Positions 47,196 to 56,970 of a DNA stretch of 64,000 nucleotides are shown piece after piece. Below the pieces are notes generated by a model, which saw only the letters and a program-made list of their open reading frames with translations, had not been told where the DNA came from and ran no database searches. The translations under genes were made by a program, and so were the position numbers. Position 1 is the stretch's first letter, and each line of letters opens with the position of its first letter. The stretch comes from Acutalibacteraceae bacterium (lineage in GTDB: Bacteria > Bacillota > Clostridia > Oscillospirales > Acutalibacteraceae): assembly GCA_045587685.1 (NCBI GenBank), contig JAZNCS010000051.1, positions 17,149 to 81,148 of the forward strand, in the 5' to 3' direction.

Positions 47196-48784
47196 TATGA
47201 ATTTCTTCTCCTAATATAAACAACTATACCAGCAACAATCGAAGCTACCGGAATAATTATTACAAAAATCCAAAGCACAGCATTAGCATCGCCTTCAGTA
47301 ATTTGGTCAAGGAAAGTATCGTTTGATATTTTTTTAGAAGTAAACTTAATTCCTGTATTTTCAGCACCTGCGGCACGTTCTGTAATAGCAAGAACTATAT
47401 CTTGGTTAGATACTGTAGCCATATTGCTGTAATCCGAGAAAATAAATTCAATACTGCCAACCGCAAATACATAACTTGAGTTCAAAGTTTTTTCATCTTC
47501 ATAATCCATCATTACAGACTGAACAACTGATGAAAATTGTTCTTTGTTATACTTGCTTGCATCTTGCCAAGTATCAGATGTTCCAACAGGAGCATTTATA
47601 ACAGTATCGGTAGTTTCTAAAATAGAAGTAACTTTAATATTTTCTTCTTCTTCAAATAAAACCGAAAGTCCTACGTTGTAACCCGAAATACAAGTGCCTA
47701 TTCCCGCTGTAATATCATCATTTTCGGTTGGGTATATACCAATTACAGTTGGTTGGTCAGGCATATGGTTATTTGTGTTGGTTTCAAACAAAATACCCTG
47801 TTCAACTGCAATTCCCCAGTCATTAAGGAAATCGCTTAAATTTGGAAGATAAGGAGCGTTAGAATCTGCAAAATAAATAAGACCTTTGTTTAATTTCCCT
47901 TTATTTTCAAGATATTCTTGCAAAGCTTCAAGTTCGCTACCTAAAAAGTCTGATGTAGGAGCCGCAATAACTACTGCGTCATACTTATCAGGAATGCTTG
48001 AAATAATGTTATCTTCAATTAACTCTACTTCAAAATTATTAACCTTTAAAAGTTCACGATAATCATCGGTATAATCTTCTTTAGAATGTCCTGTGATAAT
48101 CGCTATGGTTTTTGTTTCATCGCTTGTTACAAATGCTATTGCACTTGTAAGCGCGGTTTCAATACTATTACCGGTTACGTCATAAACCATTTGTCCATAA
48201 GCGGCATAAGTCTCATTTTGAGTTAAAACATAAATATCCTCAAAGCCAACAACTTTAACTCTTCTATTCTCACCTTCACCGCGAGAAACAATAATATCGC
48301 CGTATTTTACAGTGTAATCAGAATATTCGTTAGCCACTTTAGCAAATTCAGTGCTTTGGGTGTCTATAAACTGAACGTCTATTTTCTTATTATAAGCGCC
48401 GTATTTTTCAACAAGATTAACGGTTTGTTGATAATAATCGGTACCGCCTTCAAGCACAGCATATTCTTGCGCATAAGTTGCCATATACTCTTGGTATTGG
48501 CTTTTTTCAGCACAAAATATTACAGTAACATCATCTTTAACTGTTTTAATAAAATCAATATTTTCTTTACTGATTGTATTAACCTTTTGTTCCGACATAT
48601 CAAATTCAAGTACAAATCTATCAGCCAAAAGACCTACAACAGCATTTAAAAGTATTAATCCTGCTAAAGCACAAGCAGTTATTACAACTAAAATACTTGA
48701 ACGCTTTAAAAAAGCTTCATTTTTTAATTTATTACCATTTTTAGAGGTGAAAAATGTTTTGATTTTTCCAAAAAATTATTTCAT
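47195..48784 (-). pseudogene. GldG-like ABC-system auxiliary protein with an in-frame TAA at codon 3
   Basis: AGGAGG RBS, ATG 48784, AAA, TAA (48778..48776). The same frame then continues open: FFGKIKTFFTSKNG..SSILVVITACALAGLILLNAVVGLLADRF.. into track ORF 47195..48628. No ATG/GTG/TTG in between. Confidence 0.6.
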
Positions 48785-48796
48785 TTTTTAACCTCC

Positions 48797-49498
48797 TTAA
48801 GACCATCTTCTCTTCTCAAGTGAGCAAACACTTAAGAAAATAAAGAAAGCAGTTATACTTGCAAAATAAACAATATCTTTAATAGCAAAAATATTTTGAC
48901 CAAAACTCTCAAAAGCAGTAATAAAATCAAAATTATTTAAAAATGCTTTTATCCACTCAACATTAATTAAACTTGTAAGGCTTGACATAAACAAAACTAT
49001 AAAATTAACAATTATAGTGATTATTGCAGCTACTACAGGACTTTCGGTGAGTGATGAAATAAACATACCTATAGAAATCAAAGCGCCAGAAAGAAGTAAT
49101 ATGCCTATTAAAGCGTAAATATAAGACACAATATTTACCGTAATTAATGAAGCAACTATTATTTCAAAAATAACTGTTGGCACAAAACCTAAAGCAACCA
49201 CAGCCAGCGCTGCTAAAAATTTACCCATTACTATTCCTGTAAGCGATACGGGAGCAGTTAGTAAAGCTTGGTCGACTTTTTGTCTGCGGTCTTCACTCAT
49301 TAAGCGCATTGTTAAAACAGGAATTGTGAAAACCGTAATACTTGACATTGAAACAATTACAAATGGTACTTGAGGTGCGCCATAACCAAAAATAATTGAA
49401 AAGTAAACACCTAAAAAGAAATAGAAGGCAGCTAATACAATATAGCCAATAGGTGTAGAAAAATATGCTTTAAATTCTCTTTTAAATATCGCTGTCAT
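48797..49498 (-). CDS. ABC-2 type permease (GldF-like)
   Basis: 233 aa, 6 TM. Confidence 0.8.
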   Translation of the reverse strand: MTAIFKREFKAYFSTPIGYIVLAAFYFFLGVYFSIIFGYGAPQVPFVIVSMSSITVFTIPVLTMRLMSEDRRQKVDQALLTAPVSLTGIVMGKFLAALAVVALGFVPTVIFEIIVASLITVNIVSYIYALIGILLLSGALISIGMFISSLTESPVVAAIITIIVNFIVLFMSSLTSLINVEWIKAFLNNFDFITAFESFGQNIFAIKDIVYFASITAFFIFLSVCSLEKRRWS

Positions 49499-50489
49499 CT
49501 ACATCTTCCTCCTCTTCTTCATTTACTATTCCAAGTAATCTTCTTGCTTCGTCATTATCAGCCGCTTGGGTTAAGCGCAAGAAAATTTGCTCAAGCGAAA
49601 GGCTATTACTTGTAAGTGAAAGCAATACTTTATTTCTTGCCGCTACACGCTTAAATATTTCGGCTCTAATATCAACATTTTCCTCGGGTTCAATAAGGAA
49701 ATCGCAACTTGCTTCTTCTTTACGACCGAGTGAAACAACGCTTTTTACACCCTTAATAGTTTGTAAAGCTTGAAGCATATCATTTTCATCACAAATAATT
49801 CTTGCAACTTGTGAGTGGTCGCTTGATAATTTGTTCGAAAGATTTTCAGGTGTGTCATCTGCAATAATTTGACCCTTGTTTATAATGATAACACGCTTAC
49901 AAACCGCTTGAATTTCCGAAAGGATATGCGAAGATAAAATAATTGTGTGGTTTTTGCCGAGTCTTGCAATAAGATTTCTTATTTCAATTATTTGTTTTGG
50001 GTCAAGACCAACTGTTGGTTCGTCCAAAATAAGCACGTCAGGGTTGCCAATAAGCGCTTGGGCAAAACCTACTCTTTGGCGATAACCTTTTGAAAGGTTT
50101 TTAATAAGTCTATTTTCAACATTATCAATCTTCACAAGGCGCATAATTTCATCAATATGCGCTTTTTTAGGGAACTTAACCTTTTTTAAATCATAAATAA
50201 AGTTAAGATATTCCCTAACCTTCATATCTATATATAAAGGTGGAATTTCAGGTAAATAACCAATACGCTTTTTAGCCTCTTCAGGAAATTCCATTATATT
50301 AAATCCATCAATCGAGACCTTACCTTGTGTTAATGAAAGATATCCTGTTAAGATATTCATTATTGTAGATTTACCTGCACCGTTAGGACCTAAGAAACCT
50401 ATAACTTCACCCTTTTTAATGCTGAAATTAACATTATCAACAGCAAGGTGAGTACCATAGCGTTTACTCAAACCGGTAACTTCAATCAT
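49482..50489 (-). CDS. ABC transporter ATP-binding protein (GldA-like)
   Basis: GPNGAGKST, LSKGYRQR, ILDEPT. Acidic C-terminal tail. Confidence 0.9.
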   Translation of the reverse strand: MIEVTGLSKRYGTHLAVDNVNFSIKKGEVIGFLGPNGAGKSTIMNILTGYLSLTQGKVSIDGFNIMEFPEEAKKRIGYLPEIPPLYIDMKVREYLNFIYDLKKVKFPKKAHIDEIMRLVKIDNVENRLIKNLSKGYRQRVGFAQALIGNPDVLILDEPTVGLDPKQIIEIRNLIARLGKNHTIILSSHILSEIQAVCKRVIIINKGQIIADDTPENLSNKLSSDHSQVARIICDENDMLQALQTIKGVKSVVSLGRKEEASCDFLIEPEENVDIRAEIFKRVAARNKVLLSLTSNSLSLEQIFLRLTQAADNDEARRLLGIVNEEEEEDVDDSDI

Positions 50490-50583
50490 TCTTATTCCTC
50501 CTTGGTAAATTTTTATATAAAAACATCATCAATTTATTATACTAAAATACAAAACTGATTTTTTTAAATTTTTGTAAATTTAA

Positions 50584-50616
50584 GAAAAAATGCAGGTCGC
50601 ATAAAACAACCTGCAT
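50584..50616 (-). terminator. terminator after rpsI
   Basis: ATGCAGGT..ACCTGCAT plus T-run on the minus strand. Confidence 0.7.
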
Positions 50617-50629
50617 TTGTAAACAAAAA

Positions 50630-51028
50630 TTATCTCTTTGAGAACTGAGGTGCACGACGAGCGCCCTTGAGACCGTACTTCTTTCTTTCCTTCATACGAG
50701 GGTCACGAGTGAGAAGACCAGCTTTCTTGAGTTCACCGCGGAGTTCAGCATCAAATTGTAAAAGTGCACGAGCAATACCGTGACGGATTGCACCAGCTTG
50801 ACCGGTAACACCGCCGCCTGCTACGCGACAAATAATATCGAACTTATCAGCAGTACCTGTAAGGTTAAGTGGCTGACGAACGATAAGCTTTAAAGTTTCG
50901 AGACCGAAATAATCATCAATTTCTCTGTCGTTGATGATGATTTTACCGGTACCGTTATATACGCGAACACGGGCAACAGAACTCTTTCTTCTGCCTGTGC
51001 CGTAAAAATATGGCTTTGCTTCAAACAT
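50630..51028 (-). CDS. rpsI: 30S ribosomal protein S9
   Basis: GTGRRK...ARVR, C-terminal [16 protein letters not shown]. Confidence 0.95.
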   Translation of the reverse strand: MFEAKPYFYGTGRRKSSVARVRVYNGTGKIIINDREIDDYFGLETLKLIVRQPLNLTGTADKFDIICRVAGGGVTGQAGAIRHGIARALLQFDAELRGELKKAGLLTRDPRMKERKKYGLKGARRAPQFSKR

Positions 51029-51045
51029 AGTTTCTGTCTCCCTTC

Positions 51046-51474
51046 TTAAAATTCAAACTTTTCAGGTTTTTGAGCTACTTGAGCGTAGTCAGAACCGCTG
51101 TAGATATGAAGTCTTGTAAGTGCTTTACGACCGATTGTAGTATCAGGAACCATTCCCTTAACTGCAAGTTCCATAGCAAGTTCAGGACGAGTCTTCATAA
51201 GAGTGCCGTATTTAACCTCTTTAAGACCGCCAATATAACCTGTATGACGGCGATAGTACTTGTTTTCTAATTTTCTACCTGTTAAAACTGCCTTATCAGC
51301 ATTGATAACTACAACGTGGTCACCGCAATCAACATGAGGGGTAAATTCAGGTTTGATTTTACCGCGAAGAATATCAGCAACCTTAGCAGCTGTACGACCG
51401 AGTGGTCTGTCAGCAGCATCTATAATATACCATTTACGCTGAATTTCAGCAGGTTTTGCCATAAATGTTTTCAT
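51046..51474 (-). CDS. rplM: 50S ribosomal protein L13
   Basis: W..IDA....LGR.A..VA..LRGK. Confidence 0.95.
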   Translation of the reverse strand: MKTFMAKPAEIQRKWYIIDAADRPLGRTAAKVADILRGKIKPEFTPHVDCGDHVVVINADKAVLTGRKLENKYYRRHTGYIGGLKEVKYGTLMKTRPELAMELAVKGMVPDTTIGRKALTRLHIYSGSDYAQVAQKPEKFEF

Positions 51475-51671
51475 AATTCAAAACCTCCAAAATTTTTTTG
51501 TTTTTCATAGCCAAAATATAATACCACACAAAGTATACATTGTCAACACATTTTTTATAAAATTTTAATTTACGCCTTTCAATCTCTCGTTTTCTCCGAA
51601 ATGCTCCGTTTTTCTCTCGTTTCCTCATTTGCGATTTTTAAAAAAGCGCCGTTTAACACGGCGCTTTCATA

Positions 51672-53762
51672 TTAAAATATACTGTAATTTACAACAAGTG
51701 CTGCAAAAACGATTGAAACCATACTTAAAAGTTTAATCAAAATGTTAATTGCAGGACCGGAAGTATCTTTGAATGGGTCGCCTACTGTATCGCCAACAAC
51801 CGCACCTTTATGTTGTTCACTACCTTTACCGCCGTGAACACCAGACTCGATATACTTTTTAGCGTTATCCCAAGCACCGCCTGAGTTTGACATAAATATC
51901 GCAAGTAAGAAACCGCTAACAGTTGCACCTGCAAGCATACCCACAACGCCGGTAACACCTAAAACCATACCTACTAAAACAGGGATTATAACTGCTACAA
52001 CTGTAGGAAGAACCATTTCTTTAAGACTTGCTTTTGTGCAAAGGTCAACACACTTTGCATAATCAGGGTCGTTTTCGCCTTCCATAAGTCCTGTCATTTC
52101 TTTGAACTGACGGCGAACTTCAATAACAACCGATTGTGCTGCCTTGCCAACTGAATCCATTGTTAACGCAGCAAATACAAATGGTAAACAAGCGCCCACA
52201 AACAAACCTATCAAAACTGTTGGGTCCATAAGGCTTATAGCACCGATTTTTCCGCCAACCGATTTTACCTTATCTATATAAGATGCCATTAACGCCAATG
52301 CAGTAAGTGCCGCAGAGCCAATCGCAAAACCTTTACCTGTAGCCGCTGTTGTATTACCTAAAGCATCTAAAGCATCTGTTCTTTCGCGAACTTGAGCTTC
52401 AAGACCTGACATCTCAGCAATACCACCCGCATTATCCGCAACCGGACCATACGCGTCAGTAGCCAAAGTAATCCCTAATGTTGAGAGCATACCAACTGCA
52501 GCTAAGCCTATACCATAAAGACCTTGGGAAGCGCCGTTTGAAGCGAATCCGCCCGCAGCACCGTAAGCTACTAAAATACAAATTGATATTATAATAATAG
52601 GTAAAGCAGTTGAAAGCATACCTAATGACAAACCGCCAATAATAACAGTTGCAGAACCCGTTTCACTTTGACCTGCTAATTTACGGGTTGGCTTATAGGA
52701 TTCGCTTGTGAAATATTCGGTAGCTTGGCCAATAAGAACACCTGAAACAAGACCTGCTAAAATAGCAAAGTAAAGACCCATATTTTCCTTACCTAAAACA
52801 TACCATATAACAGGGAATGCTAAAACCGCAATTATAATTGCACTTAAGTTTGTACCATAACTTAAAGACTTAAGCAAATCTTTTTGGGTTGCATTTTCTT
52901 TAGTACGAACAAAGAAAGTACCGAAAACTGAACAAACAACGCCGAGCGCTGCTATAATAACAGGTACTGCCATCGCTTTAAAAGAACTAAACGCTGCAAC
53001 ACCTAACGCCATTGCTGAAATTATAGAGCCTACATAAGACTCATAAAGGTCAGCACCCATACCTGCTACGTCACCAACGTTATCACCTACGTTATCCGCA
53101 ATAACTGCAGGGTTACGAGGGTCATCTTCAGGAATACCTGCTTCAACCTTACCAACAAGGTCGGCACCTACGTCGGCAGCTTTTGTAAACACACCGCCGC
53201 CAACACGAGCAAACAAAGCCATTGAAGAAGCGCCCATACCAAAAGTGAGCATTGCACTTGTTATTTCAGCCGGATCAGATGGTGGGAAAACAAATTTAAG
53301 TAATACAAACCAAACTGATATGTCAAGAAGTCCCAAACCTACAACAGTAAAGCCCATAACCGAACCTGCCGAAAAAGCAACACGAAGACCTTTATTAAGT
53401 CCTGTCCTACAAGCGTTAGCTGTTCTACTATTTGCCGCTGTAGCAATCTTCATACCAACATAACCGGAAAGTGCCGAGAAAACACCCCCAGATAAAAATG
53501 CAAACGGTACGTAAGGTGTGAGCAAATCAAATATTGCCATTACCGCTAACACAACAAACATACACGCAAAGAATATTGCTACTACTATGTATTGTCTTTT
53601 TAGATAAGCATTTGCACCCGAACGGATTGCAGATGCAATCTTTTTCATTTTTTCTGTTCCTTCATCAAACTTCATAACTTTACGAGCAGTTATCAAAGCA
53701 TAAAGCAAAGCTACTACTGCTGCTGCAAATGTTACAATAGACATTAGAACTTCTATTCTCAT
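51672..53762 (-). CDS. hppA: membrane-integral pyrophosphatase (ion-pumping PPase)
   Basis: Start trimmed to ATG 53762 (GGAGG RBS). GGG.FTKAADVGADLVGKVE, DNVGDNVGD, GD.VGDPFKDT. Confidence 0.9.
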   Translation of the reverse strand: MRIEVLMSIVTFAAAVVALLYALITARKVMKFDEGTEKMKKIASAIRSGANAYLKRQYIVVAIFFACMFVVLAVMAIFDLLTPYVPFAFLSGGVFSALSGYVGMKIATAANSRTANACRTGLNKGLRVAFSAGSVMGFTVVGLGLLDISVWFVLLKFVFPPSDPAEITSAMLTFGMGASSMALFARVGGGVFTKAADVGADLVGKVEAGIPEDDPRNPAVIADNVGDNVGDVAGMGADLYESYVGSIISAMALGVAAFSSFKAMAVPVIIAALGVVCSVFGTFFVRTKENATQKDLLKSLSYGTNLSAIIIAVLAFPVIWYVLGKENMGLYFAILAGLVSGVLIGQATEYFTSESYKPTRKLAGQSETGSATVIIGGLSLGMLSTALPIIIISICILVAYGAAGGFASNGASQGLYGIGLAAVGMLSTLGITLATDAYGPVADNAGGIAEMSGLEAQVRERTDALDALGNTTAATGKGFAIGSAALTALALMASYIDKVKSVGGKIGAISLMDPTVLIGLFVGACLPFVFAALTMDSVGKAAQSVVIEVRRQFKEMTGLMEGENDPDYAKCVDLCTKASLKEMVLPTVVAVIIPVLVGMVLGVTGVVGMLAGATVSGFLLAIFMSNSGGAWDNAKKYIESGVHGGKGSEQHKGAVVGDTVGDPFKDTSGPAINILIKLLSMVSIVFAALVVNYSIF

Positions 53763-53914
53763 AACTCTTGCCTCCAATAAAATGAGTGTACCTTATATCA
53801 TACACCAACACAATTTAAATTTCAAGTGGAATTTTACGAAATAAACCGCGCATCTCAAAAAATACGCATTTTTCAATATAAACCACACCTAAAATAAAAA
53901 AATTTCAAAAAGTA

Positions 53915-53943
53915 TTGACTATTTTTAAAAAATGTGCTATCAT
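53915..53943 (+). promoter_or_regulatory. promoter of tRNA-Gly (TTGACT-17-TATCAT)
   Basis: Read directly from the sequence, 14 nt upstream of the tRNA 5' end. Confidence 0.5.
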
Positions 53944-53956
53944 ACTTTTTGTTCTT

Positions 53957-54031
53957 GCGGGTGTAGTTCAACGGCTAGAATCCCAGCCTTCCAAGCTGGT
54001 TGTGTGGGTTCGATTCCCATCACCCGCTCCA
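53957..54031 (+). tRNA. tRNA-Gly (anticodon UCC), CCA encoded
   Basis: Acceptor GCGGGTG/CACCCGC, anticodon stem CCAGC/GCTGG with loop CTTCCAA, T-loop GGTTCGATTCC. Confidence 0.9.
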
Positions 54032-54037
54032 AAACGA

Positions 54038-54072
54038 AAGCACTAACCTTTATGGTTGGTGCTTTTATTTTT
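54038..54072 (+). terminator. terminator-like hairpin immediately after tRNA-Gly
   Basis: AAGCACTAACC-TTTAT-GGTTGGTGCTT plus T-rich tail. Confidence 0.6.
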
Positions 54073-54212
54073 ATAGTTACTATCGTTGGGAATCGAACAA
54101 GTTCCTCTCTTGCGGTTACCGACTCTGCGCTCACTTGGAGCGTGGCGCAATCGTCGACCGCAGCGCTTCGTTTTGCTCCCTTATTCCGCCACAGGCGGCG
54201 GTCGCAACCTCA

Positions 54213-54230
54213 CCCATCACCCGCTCCAAA
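54213..54230 (+). repeat. 18 nt direct repeat of the tRNA-Gly 3' end (CCCATCACCCGCTCCAAA)
   Basis: Identical to 54016..54033. Confidence 0.85.
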
Positions 54231-54235
54231 TTAAG

Positions 54236-54262
54236 AGTCATACCTTTTGGTATGACTTTTTT
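54236..54262 (+). terminator. strong intrinsic terminator after the duplicated tRNA end
   Basis: AGTCATACC-TTTT-GGTATGACT plus TTTTT. Confidence 0.75.
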
Positions 54263-54339
54263 ATTTATCATTGCAAAACTTTTAAAAATGTTATATAATT
54301 GTTATAATAATAAAACAAAACACACTTTGGAGAAGTTTT

Positions 54340-54858
54340 ATGAAAAACAAACGGCATTTGCATTTTATTATAACAGGTGCTTTAATTGCTGCCTTTTATG
54401 CAGCGCTCACCTTTTTATTTAATGTTTTTGGACTTTCGTATGGTCCTATCCAATTTAGAATATCCGAGATTTTAACAATTCTTCCTATTTTCACCCCGGC
54501 CGCTATACCCGGGCTTACAATAGGATGCTTTATTGCTAATATTGGTTCCTTTAATCTTCTTGATATGATTTTTGGGACATTTGCAACACTTGTGGCCGCT
54601 TTGCTGACATACGCATTTAGAAATATTAAGTTTAAGGGCATACCTTTATTATCAATGTTTATGCCGGTGCTTTTTAATTCGGTAATAATCGGACTCGAAA
54701 TTGCATTTTTCTTCTTACCGCAAGGATTTACGTTTTTAGGATTTGTTATTTCAGCAATCGAGGTTGGAATAAGCGAATTTGTTATTTGTTTTGTATTAGG
54801 GATTCCCTTTTATATTATGGTTAAAAAATACTTTAAAAAGAACAATTTGAGGATTTGA
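54340..54858 (+). CDS. queT: QueT queuosine-precursor transporter (ECF S-component-like)
   Basis: 172 aa, 5-6 TM. ..GPIQFRISEILTILP..PGLTIGCFIAN.. Promoter TTGCAA-17-TATAAT at 54271..54299. Confidence 0.7.
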   Translation: MKNKRHLHFIITGALIAAFYAALTFLFNVFGLSYGPIQFRISEILTILPIFTPAAIPGLTIGCFIANIGSFNLLDMIFGTFATLVAALLTYAFRNIKFKGIPLLSMFMPVLFNSVIIGLEIAFFFLPQGFTFLGFVISAIEVGISEFVICFVLGIPFYIMVKKYFKKNNLRI

Positions 54859-54863
54859 AATTT

Positions 54864-56243
54864 ATGAAAACATTAATTACATTTAGAAAGTCTATAATGC
54901 TTCTTGTTAAGGCTTTGCTTGTAGCTTCTATCACTTTTGGATTTATTGAAATTTGGGTTACAAACTATCCTTCCTCTTTGTTTAGTAAAAACGGAAACTA
55001 TGTTGTTATTTTTTCATTTGTTTTCTTGTTTTTAATTTTCGGTTCGCTTTATGGCGCATTTAGAATAGGTATTTCACGTATACACGAGATTATATACAGT
55101 TTTTCTCTTTCAATTATTATAACAAACTTTTTAATGTATCTTGAATTAAGCCTTATTGCCCGTGAAATGTTAAGCGTACAGCCAATTTTGTTTGGCACAA
55201 TCTATCAAATCGCGATCGCGTTTTTAGGTTGTTGGTGCACAAATATTATTTATTTCAAACTTTACCCTGCCAAAAAAATGTTAGCTATTCTTGACGGCGA
55301 TGAAAACGGTTATTCACTTATTAACAAAATAAACCGAATGAGTGAAAGATTTAAACTTGAAAAAGGCATTAACGCAAACACTTCTTCTATTGAAGAAATC
55401 AAAAAGGTGATCGATGGTTACGAATGTGTTGTTATATGCGATATTGATAAAAATCTCCAACGCGAGATTTTAACATATTGCTATGCAAACAAAAAAAGCA
55501 CCTATCTTTTACCAGATATTACAAATATTATCATAAATAACGCGTACTCTATTCAAATTGGCGACTCTCTTGTTCTTCGCAGTCGAAACCACGGACTTTC
55601 CCCTGAGCAAGAAGTTATAAAAAGAGCAATGGACCTTGTGATTTCTGCAATCGGTTTGATAGTAGCTTCTCCTTTTATGATAATTACAGCTATTGCTATC
55701 AAACTTGATGATGGTGGTCCGGTTTTCTTTAAACAAAACCGAATCACAAAAGACGGTAATATATTTAATGTATTAAAATTCCGTTCTATGATTGTTGATG
55801 CAGATAAAGATGGTGCAAAAAAAGCCGAAAACGACGACAACCGTATAACACGTGTCGGTAAAATAATACGTGCTTGTAGAGTTGATGAACTCCCTCAACT
55901 TATAAACGTTTTAAGAGGCGATATGTCTATAGTAGGTCCTCGCCCTGAAAGAATTGAAAACGTTTACGAATATTCAAAAGAATATCCCGAATTCGAACTC
56001 AGACACAAAGTTAAGGGCGGTATTACAGGTTACGCACAACTTTACGGTAAATACAATACTTCCCCTAAAGATAAACTTAATATGGACTTAATGTACATCG
56101 AAAACTATTCGCTTGTACAAGATCTTAAACTTATGATTTTAACCTTTAAGGTTTTGTTTATGAAAGAAAGCACCGAAGGATTTGATGCATCAGCTAACAA
56201 ATCGGTAACCGCTTCAAAATCAAAAAAAGAAATTAAAAAATAA
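54864..56243 (+). CDS. polyprenyl-phosphate sugar phosphotransferase (WbaP/EpsL-like initiating transferase)
   Basis: C-terminal domain ..KRAMDLVISAIGLI..PVFFKQNR.TKDG..F...KFRSM..DA......D.RIT.VG...R...DELPQL.NVL.G.MS.VGPRP. Confidence 0.85.
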   Translation: MKTLITFRKSIMLLVKALLVASITFGFIEIWVTNYPSSLFSKNGNYVVIFSFVFLFLIFGSLYGAFRIGISRIHEIIYSFSLSIIITNFLMYLELSLIAREMLSVQPILFGTIYQIAIAFLGCWCTNIIYFKLYPAKKMLAILDGDENGYSLINKINRMSERFKLEKGINANTSSIEEIKKVIDGYECVVICDIDKNLQREILTYCYANKKSTYLLPDITNIIINNAYSIQIGDSLVLRSRNHGLSPEQEVIKRAMDLVISAIGLIVASPFMIITAIAIKLDDGGPVFFKQNRITKDGNIFNVLKFRSMIVDADKDGAKKAENDDNRITRVGKIIRACRVDELPQLINVLRGDMSIVGPRPERIENVYEYSKEYPEFELRHKVKGGITGYAQLYGKYNTSPKDKLNMDLMYIENYSLVQDLKLMILTFKVLFMKESTEGFDASANKSVTASKSKKEIKK

Positions 56244-56275
56244 AAAAATCCGCACAAAAGTGCGTATTTTTTGTT

Positions 56276-56548
56276 TTAATTTTTCAATGCTCTTTCAAGC
56301 CAAACAAAGCCAACGTCTAATGCTTCATACATAGAGCCTTTAACGGTGTCTTTAACAACTCTGTCTTTTTCAGGTAATTCTGTATCACTCTTTAAAAGTT
56401 GAACCGAAATTTTATCAGGTGTGTTATCCTTTTCCGATAAAATTGTAAATTTTACAACAAAAGTCTCGGCCATGTCGCCATAATAAATTTCATTTTTACT
56501 TCTTACTAAAGGTTTTCCCTTATAACTTAAAAAATTTGTATCAGCCAT
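56276..56548 (-). CDS. hypothetical protein (90 aa)
   Basis: Track ORF trimmed to MADTNFLSYKGKPL (GAGGTG RBS inside the end of the upstream ORF). No family recognised. Confidence 0.4.
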   Translation of the reverse strand: MADTNFLSYKGKPLVRSKNEIYYGDMAETFVVKFTILSEKDNTPDKISVQLLKSDTELPEKDRVVKDTVKGSMYEALDVGFVWLERALKN

Positions 56549-56552
56549 TTTT

Positions 56553-56813
56553 TTACACCTCAGGCTTCTCACCGTAAAGATTGAATCTAAAAAGCATTGT
56601 CTCATCTTCTTGATTAGCGCAACGAACGGTTGCTTCTTCAACCTCGGTATTCTTTAAAATTGTGCTAAGACCAATCATTTGGCAAAGCTTTGATTTAAGG
56701 TTTAAAACATCGCCCTCTTTGGTTTCGAGATATACATCACCCTTGCATTTATCAATGGCATCAATAAAATCATCAAAATTTATATTATGAAGTTGAATTT
56801 TTTTCTTATCCAT
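56553..56813 (-). CDS. hypothetical protein (86 aa)
   Basis: AGGAGG RBS. No family recognised. Confidence 0.45.
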   Translation of the reverse strand: MDKKKIQLHNINFDDFIDAIDKCKGDVYLETKEGDVLNLKSKLCQMIGLSTILKNTEVEEATVRCANQEDETMLFRFNLYGEKPEV

Positions 56814-56970
56814 ATTAAATACCTCCTAAATTCTTCTAATTATAAAGTATAAACTATATGCTTAAATATGTCAAGAATGTCTTGACTTTTCAGGTTTTTT
56901 CAAATATATTATATTATGTATAGATATAATGTATAATAGGGTGATTTCCCTTTATTGAGGAGGAAAAAAA

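Noticed and set aside
51475-51640. Possible ribosomal L13 leader upstream of rplM
   Set aside because: A good TTGACA-17-TATTAT promoter leaves only about 45 nt of 5' UTR, and I could not see a conserved structure.
54285-54339. Possible preQ1-I riboswitch in the queT leader (A-rich tail AAUAAAACAAAACAC before the GGAG RBS)
   Set aside because: The only candidate P1 stem (UUAUA/UAUAA) is all A-U and overlaps the predicted -10 hexamer. The conserved loop residues are not evident. It needs a covariance-model scan before any claim.
53932-54422. ORFs 53932..54234, 54000..54422, 54086..54298 (+) and 53940..54134 (-)
   Set aside because: They run through the tRNA-Gly gene, two terminators and the GC-rich insert. 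They have no RBS and their Arg/Pro/Ser-rich composition is typical of translated GC-rich non-coding DNA.
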